Source: a virus
Lineage: Duplodnaviria; Caudoviricetes
Strand: one strand, 5' to 3'
Virus record (IMG/VR): IMGVR_UViG_3300030392_002189
Location: 1-29,004 of that record
Length of the DNA: 29,004 nucleotides
Shown here: positions 25,737 to 29,004 of the stretch, piece after piece
How positions within the stretch are numbered: the stretch's first letter is position 1
Layout: each line of letters starts with the position of its first letter
The notes under the pieces: model-generated
Seen by the model: only the letters and a program-made list of their open reading frames with translations
Told to the model about the DNA's origin: nothing
The model's database searches: none
Position numbers and translations under genes: made by a program

Positions 25737-26404
25737 CAGCTGTATTTTATACGTTTTCTACTTGGGTGCGCTTCATTTGCTTCATTCAGTTTAACCACAC
25801 GCCCCTTATCCTTACCAATGTTATAAATCCAGTTGCCGGCATACTTTTCAAGGCGGGCAAATAAAACACGATCTTTGAACGGCAGTTCCTCGATGTCTAC
25901 AGTAGTATCAAAATCTTTAAGAAATTTATTCCATTCAGGAATTTGTTTTTTATGCTTCATTTCAAAGCTTTCCCATTTACTAGGATAATTAGACATTAAA
26001 AAAAAGAGCGCGCCTTCTCTCTCTTGTATTTCTATATGTATATCTATATTCCTATTATTTGGTTGTCGAGATTCCGAAGGGGTCAGTCGAGATTCCGAAG
26101 GGGTCAGTCGAGATTCCGAAGGGGGGTTCGAGATTCCGAAGGGGGTAATTAATACCATTCTTCGTAAATTATCTTCTTCATAAAACGTTCTTAAAAATCC
26201 CTTTTCAGACAATGAAGAAATAATCTCACTACAACGGTTTTTACTTAGTTTAAACAGCTCGGCAAAGTGTCTGTTTTTAGCAAAACAACCAGCGCCCTGA
26301 TCTAAACTATCTATTTCTGAAAGGAATACTTTTTCAGTAATAGTAAGCCCTTCAAAAAACCATATCTCTTTCGGGATCCATATACCTTTAAAATCTCTTT
26401 GCAT
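25736..26404 (-). CDS. Phage replication initiator (N-terminal HTH)
   Basis: FKGIWIP...GCFAKNRHFAE HTH; internal iterons; next to DnaB. Confidence 0.85.
   Translation of the reverse strand: MQRDFKGIWIPKEIWFFEGLTITEKVFLSEIDSLDQGAGCFAKNRHFAELFKLSKNRCSEIISSLSEKGFLRTFYEEDNLRRMVLITPFGISNPPSESRLTPSESRLTPSESRQPNNRNIDIHIEIQEREGALFFLMSNYPSKWESFEMKHKKQIPEWNKFLKDFDTTVDIEELPFKDRVLFARLEKYAGNWIYNIGKDKGRVVKLNEANEAHPSRKRIKYS
26066..26144. repeat. Four iterons, probable replication origin
   Basis: TCGAGATTCCGAAGGGG at 26066, 26087, 26108 and 26128, beside an AT-rich tract. Confidence 0.85.
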
Positions 26405-26760
26405 TATTGCGGAATTTCAGTATTGATTAATTGTTCTTCAGGAAATACAATAAACTCATTTGCAGTATTTTTAGCCCGCTCAATTGAAGCTATATTTAAC
26501 GTCTGCATAAAGCCTTGCGTTTCATCTTTTTTAGTGAAGAACCTTCCATTTATATAAAACTTCACATCCACCACATCACCACGTTTTAACCCAGATAGAT
26601 CCACCTTGCCGTTTATAACCTGAAAATGATTGCAGTTTTCGTACTTTTCACCGGTCATATTGTTATAATTACTGGTGTCTATATAGACGTTTTGAACGCT
26701 AAACCGTTCGCTTATTTGTTTCACTGGTTGTATTTCCAGTATTGCACCTCTTACTTGCAT
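26404..26760 (-). CDS. DUF3127-like OB-fold/SSB-like protein
   Basis: QISERF..Q and GDVVDVKFYINGR motifs. Confidence 0.75.
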   Translation of the reverse strand: MQVRGAILEIQPVKQISERFSVQNVYIDTSNYNNMTGEKYENCNHFQVINGKVDLSGLKRGDVVDVKFYINGRFFTKKDETQGFMQTLNIASIERAKNTANEFIVFPEEQLINTEIPQ

Positions 26761-26766
26761 AGTATT

Positions 26767-27093
26767 TTATTTTTTAATAAATTTTATCGATTCAATTTTA
26801 CTACCCCTTTTAGATGTTTTTACTTCAACTAAATATTCTGGTATTTTTTCACCTTCTTCTATTTCTTCAAAACTTTTATTAACCCCAAAAACTTTAATCT
26901 TCCTATCAAAAGGAACCATTGTATTATCAATAAAATATGGTCTAAAAACCTTATAAATTGAAGCGAATAATTCATTTTGATTTTCATCATAAAACACAGC
27001 TTCACTTATAATTAAAACACCTTTTCTTTTTGATTTTACCATATTCAAATATTTAATTAATTCCGTTTTTATAATAACCCACCAACTCGCCAC
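26767..27093 (-). CDS. Hypothetical protein
   Basis: FEEIEEGEKIPEY motif; true start may be ATG at 27042. Confidence 0.65.
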   Translation of the reverse strand: MASWWVIIKTELIKYLNMVKSKRKGVLIISEAVFYDENQNELFASIYKVFRPYFIDNTMVPFDRKIKVFGVNKSFEEIEEGEKIPEYLVEVKTSKRGSKIESIKFIKK

Positions 27094-27436
27094 GGCTAGC
27101 TAGCTTTGCTTGTTGTTTCCAAGTATTACTAATAGCTTTACCTATCTTTCTTTTGGTCCATCCATTGTGTTCATACCCATTCTCTAGGCGGGTTTGCGTT
27201 CGTTGCTGTACCATTTTAACCGTTGGTTTATTGGTATTGCTAAACCTGGTATGGCCCGCCAACCGTTTCATAATATCATTACGTTGCTTTTTGGTTCGTT
27301 TTAAACCCAAAGCGGTCAATTTTTTACTGATTGCAGTGGCAGTTCTATCTATTTGTTCACCCAGTTCGGCATCGCCCAACTTCCGGTAATTGTTATAGAT
27401 AAACTGTTCTTCAGCTTCAGTATATCTTCTCACCAT
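27053..27436 (-). CDS. HTH DNA-binding protein
   Basis: RYTEAEEQFI...ELGEQIDRTATAISKK..LGL; start revised. Confidence 0.65.
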   Translation of the reverse strand: MVRRYTEAEEQFIYNNYRKLGDAELGEQIDRTATAISKKLTALGLKRTKKQRNDIMKRLAGHTRFSNTNKPTVKMVQQRTQTRLENGYEHNGWTKRKIGKAISNTWKQQAKLASRGELVGYYKNGIN

Positions 27437-27740
27437 CCTGTACACATTTCCAAAGCCCACGCACTTGCCCAAACTTCATTACTAGATCGTCGTCAATTTC
27501 AAGCTGTATGGCTATATCTTCAAATTTGCTTCGCATATACCCAACATTGGTACGGAAATACGTACTAATAACACCATCATCAAACCCAGTTAATTTTTTA
27601 GCCAAATACGCACACGCAAATTTGTTACCTTCATCATTAAAACCACGTAGTCCGTTATAATCAGTGTTAAACAAAAACGCTACACAACTGGTAATGCGGT
27701 TAAGCGTTTTTACTTGGGTTGATTCTTGTTCTTTTTCCAT
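27417..27740 (-). CDS. Protein resembling the DnaA C-terminal HTH
   Basis: ACAYLAKKLTG...ISTYF. Confidence 0.5.
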   Translation of the reverse strand: MEKEQESTQVKTLNRITSCVAFLFNTDYNGLRGFNDEGNKFACAYLAKKLTGFDDGVISTYFRTNVGYMRSKFEDIAIQLEIDDDLVMKFGQVRGLWKCVQDGEKIY

Positions 27741-27743
27741 AAC

Positions 27744-28226
27744 CTACAGTTTAAAACCTAATTTTAAGTGAACACTTTCCTTCCAGTCGGCATCATCCCA
27801 AAGCACACCAAGGTCGGTCCTGTAATCGCTGCTTACTTCAATAGCAACAAAAAACCTGTTTATGTTTTTACGCACTTCCACATCAAACCCGTAATATTGT
27901 GTACCACTGTTATAATCTGCAGTATCGCGCATAATAACACCGTATTTACCACCAGGTATAAACAACCAGCCTTCTTTGTCTATAATTACCACGCCAACAC
28001 CAGCACTAAAACTGTGATACTTTTGGCGTAGGTTTACAAACTCATACCGAGCCGAAACGTCTAAAAAATGATACGTTACACCCGCTTCACCAATAGCGTT
28101 CATCACCAAATTATCGTTATGGTTAACCGCATAATTTGTTGCCACAGCCAGGTACTTATCGTCCCTAACTTGCGAAAGCAAACTTCCTGCTAGCAGAAGC
28201 GCTAAAATTGTTACCTTTGTTTTCAT
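27744..28226 (-). CDS. Secreted outer-membrane beta-barrel-like protein
   Basis: Signal peptide, alternating beta-strands, C-terminal LKLGFKL. Confidence 0.7.
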   Translation of the reverse strand: MKTKVTILALLLAGSLLSQVRDDKYLAVATNYAVNHNDNLVMNAIGEAGVTYHFLDVSARYEFVNLRQKYHSFSAGVGVVIIDKEGWLFIPGGKYGVIMRDTADYNSGTQYYGFDVEVRKNINRFFVAIEVSSDYRTDLGVLWDDADWKESVHLKLGFKL

Positions 28227-28242
28227 AATTATTTATTTAATT

Positions 28243-28278
28243 AAGGCGCTCATATGCCTTGCAGGGCGAGCGCCTTTT
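28243..28278. terminator. Intergenic hairpin/terminator
   Basis: AAGGCGCTC...GAGCGCCTT followed by Ts on the + strand. Confidence 0.5.
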
Positions 28279-28279
28279 G

Positions 28280-28489
28280 TTAATCTTTAGTCCATACTTC
28301 CCAGCAACCGTTTAAATGGTTGTATTCCCAAACAATGTTAACTTTTACGTCCTTAACATTTTTATGTTTAGGTTTAGGCTTTCTTTTTTCTGAAACTTTA
28401 TTATCGAAAAACAAAAAACCACCAACCCCCACAGCAACTGCGGTTCCTAAAATTTGCGCTAGAATTAAACCAATATTTAGTAACATCAT
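28280..28489 (-). CDS. Small membrane-anchored protein
   Basis: N-terminal hydrophobic helix and basic tail. Confidence 0.55.
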   Translation of the reverse strand: MMLLNIGLILAQILGTAVAVGVGGFLFFDNKVSEKRKPKPKHKNVKDVKVNIVWEYNHLNGCWEVWTKD

Positions 28490-28630
28490 TTTTAAACGGA
28501 TTTTCCACAATTAGGGCAGGTATCAACGAAGCTACCGGCTTCCCGGTCACCACAAACCTTTGGATCGTAATTTTCATTACACACCGGATAGCTTCGTTTA
28601 ACCTTACACCCTAGGGAGTTAATAGTTTCT

Positions 28631-28789
28631 TTATTTTGTATCTTCATTTTCTTGTCTACACTCTTTTATTATTTCTTCCCAAAAATCAAGTACTTCGTCC
28701 CAACTCATATTCAACTCATCAATTAAGCGTAGGTTAATATCCTTAACCCGCTCAACAAACCATCTAGGTACTTCTTTTTGTTTCGGCAT
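28631..28789 (-). CDS. 52-aa hypothetical protein (missing from the ORF track)
   Basis: MPKQKEVPRWFVERVKDINLRLIDELNMSWDEVLDFWEEII... Confidence 0.6.
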   Translation of the reverse strand: MPKQKEVPRWFVERVKDINLRLIDELNMSWDEVLDFWEEIIKECRQENEDTK

Positions 28790-28794
28790 AGCTT

Positions 28795-29004
28795 TTATTT
28801 TTCAACCCAATGGGTTATCTTAACAACTTCCATTTTTTTCCAATTAAAAACCAACTGGATATTAGGTACATATCTTTTAATTTGCCCTCTACCCCAATTA
28901 ACCACCTTCATTTTATAGGTGTTACGGTTATTAAATTCACGTGGTTTGTTCAAAATTTCACGTCTTTCTTTTCTGCCAGAACTTTGTCCTAAATTTCTAC
29001 TCAT
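28795..29004 (-). CDS. Hypothetical basic protein
   Basis: ORF in operon orientation. Confidence 0.55.
   Translation of the reverse strand: MSRNLGQSSGRKERREILNKPREFNNRNTYKMKVVNWGRGQIKRYVPNIQLVFNWKKMEVVKITHWVEK

Overview
A 29 kb piece of an HK97/lambda-like temperate siphophage or prophage. The host is probably Bacteroidota/Flavobacteriaceae, inferred from DUF3127, a TAnnTTTG promoter and the gene families present. Almost everything is on the minus strand. In transcription order: early/replication genes (DUF3127, initiator with iterons, DnaB), HNH-terS-terL, portal-protease-capsid, head-tail genes, tail tube, frameshifted tail chaperones, tape measure, tail proteins, holin and endolysin. The standout is a ~4.6 kb integron-like system (17082-21659) between terL and portal. 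It has an IntI-like tyrosine recombinase lacking the IntI-specific insertion, an attI-like site, and six attC-like imperfect hairpins with bottom-strand G·T bias. Most cassettes have a 5' GTT core that is complementary to their own 3' AAC core. Unusually, several genes lie inside hairpin loops, some cassettes are gene-less, some carry inverted copies of their own arm, and most cargo is small phage genes in phage orientation. A second oddity lies between the tail chaperone and tape measure genes. It contains an initiator-type tRNA body with a GCU anticodon, a promoter with an antisense-switch-like structured leader, and an HNH gene. It also appears to separate the tape measure gene from its ATG. 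All calls are by eye from sequence motifs; no database searches were run.
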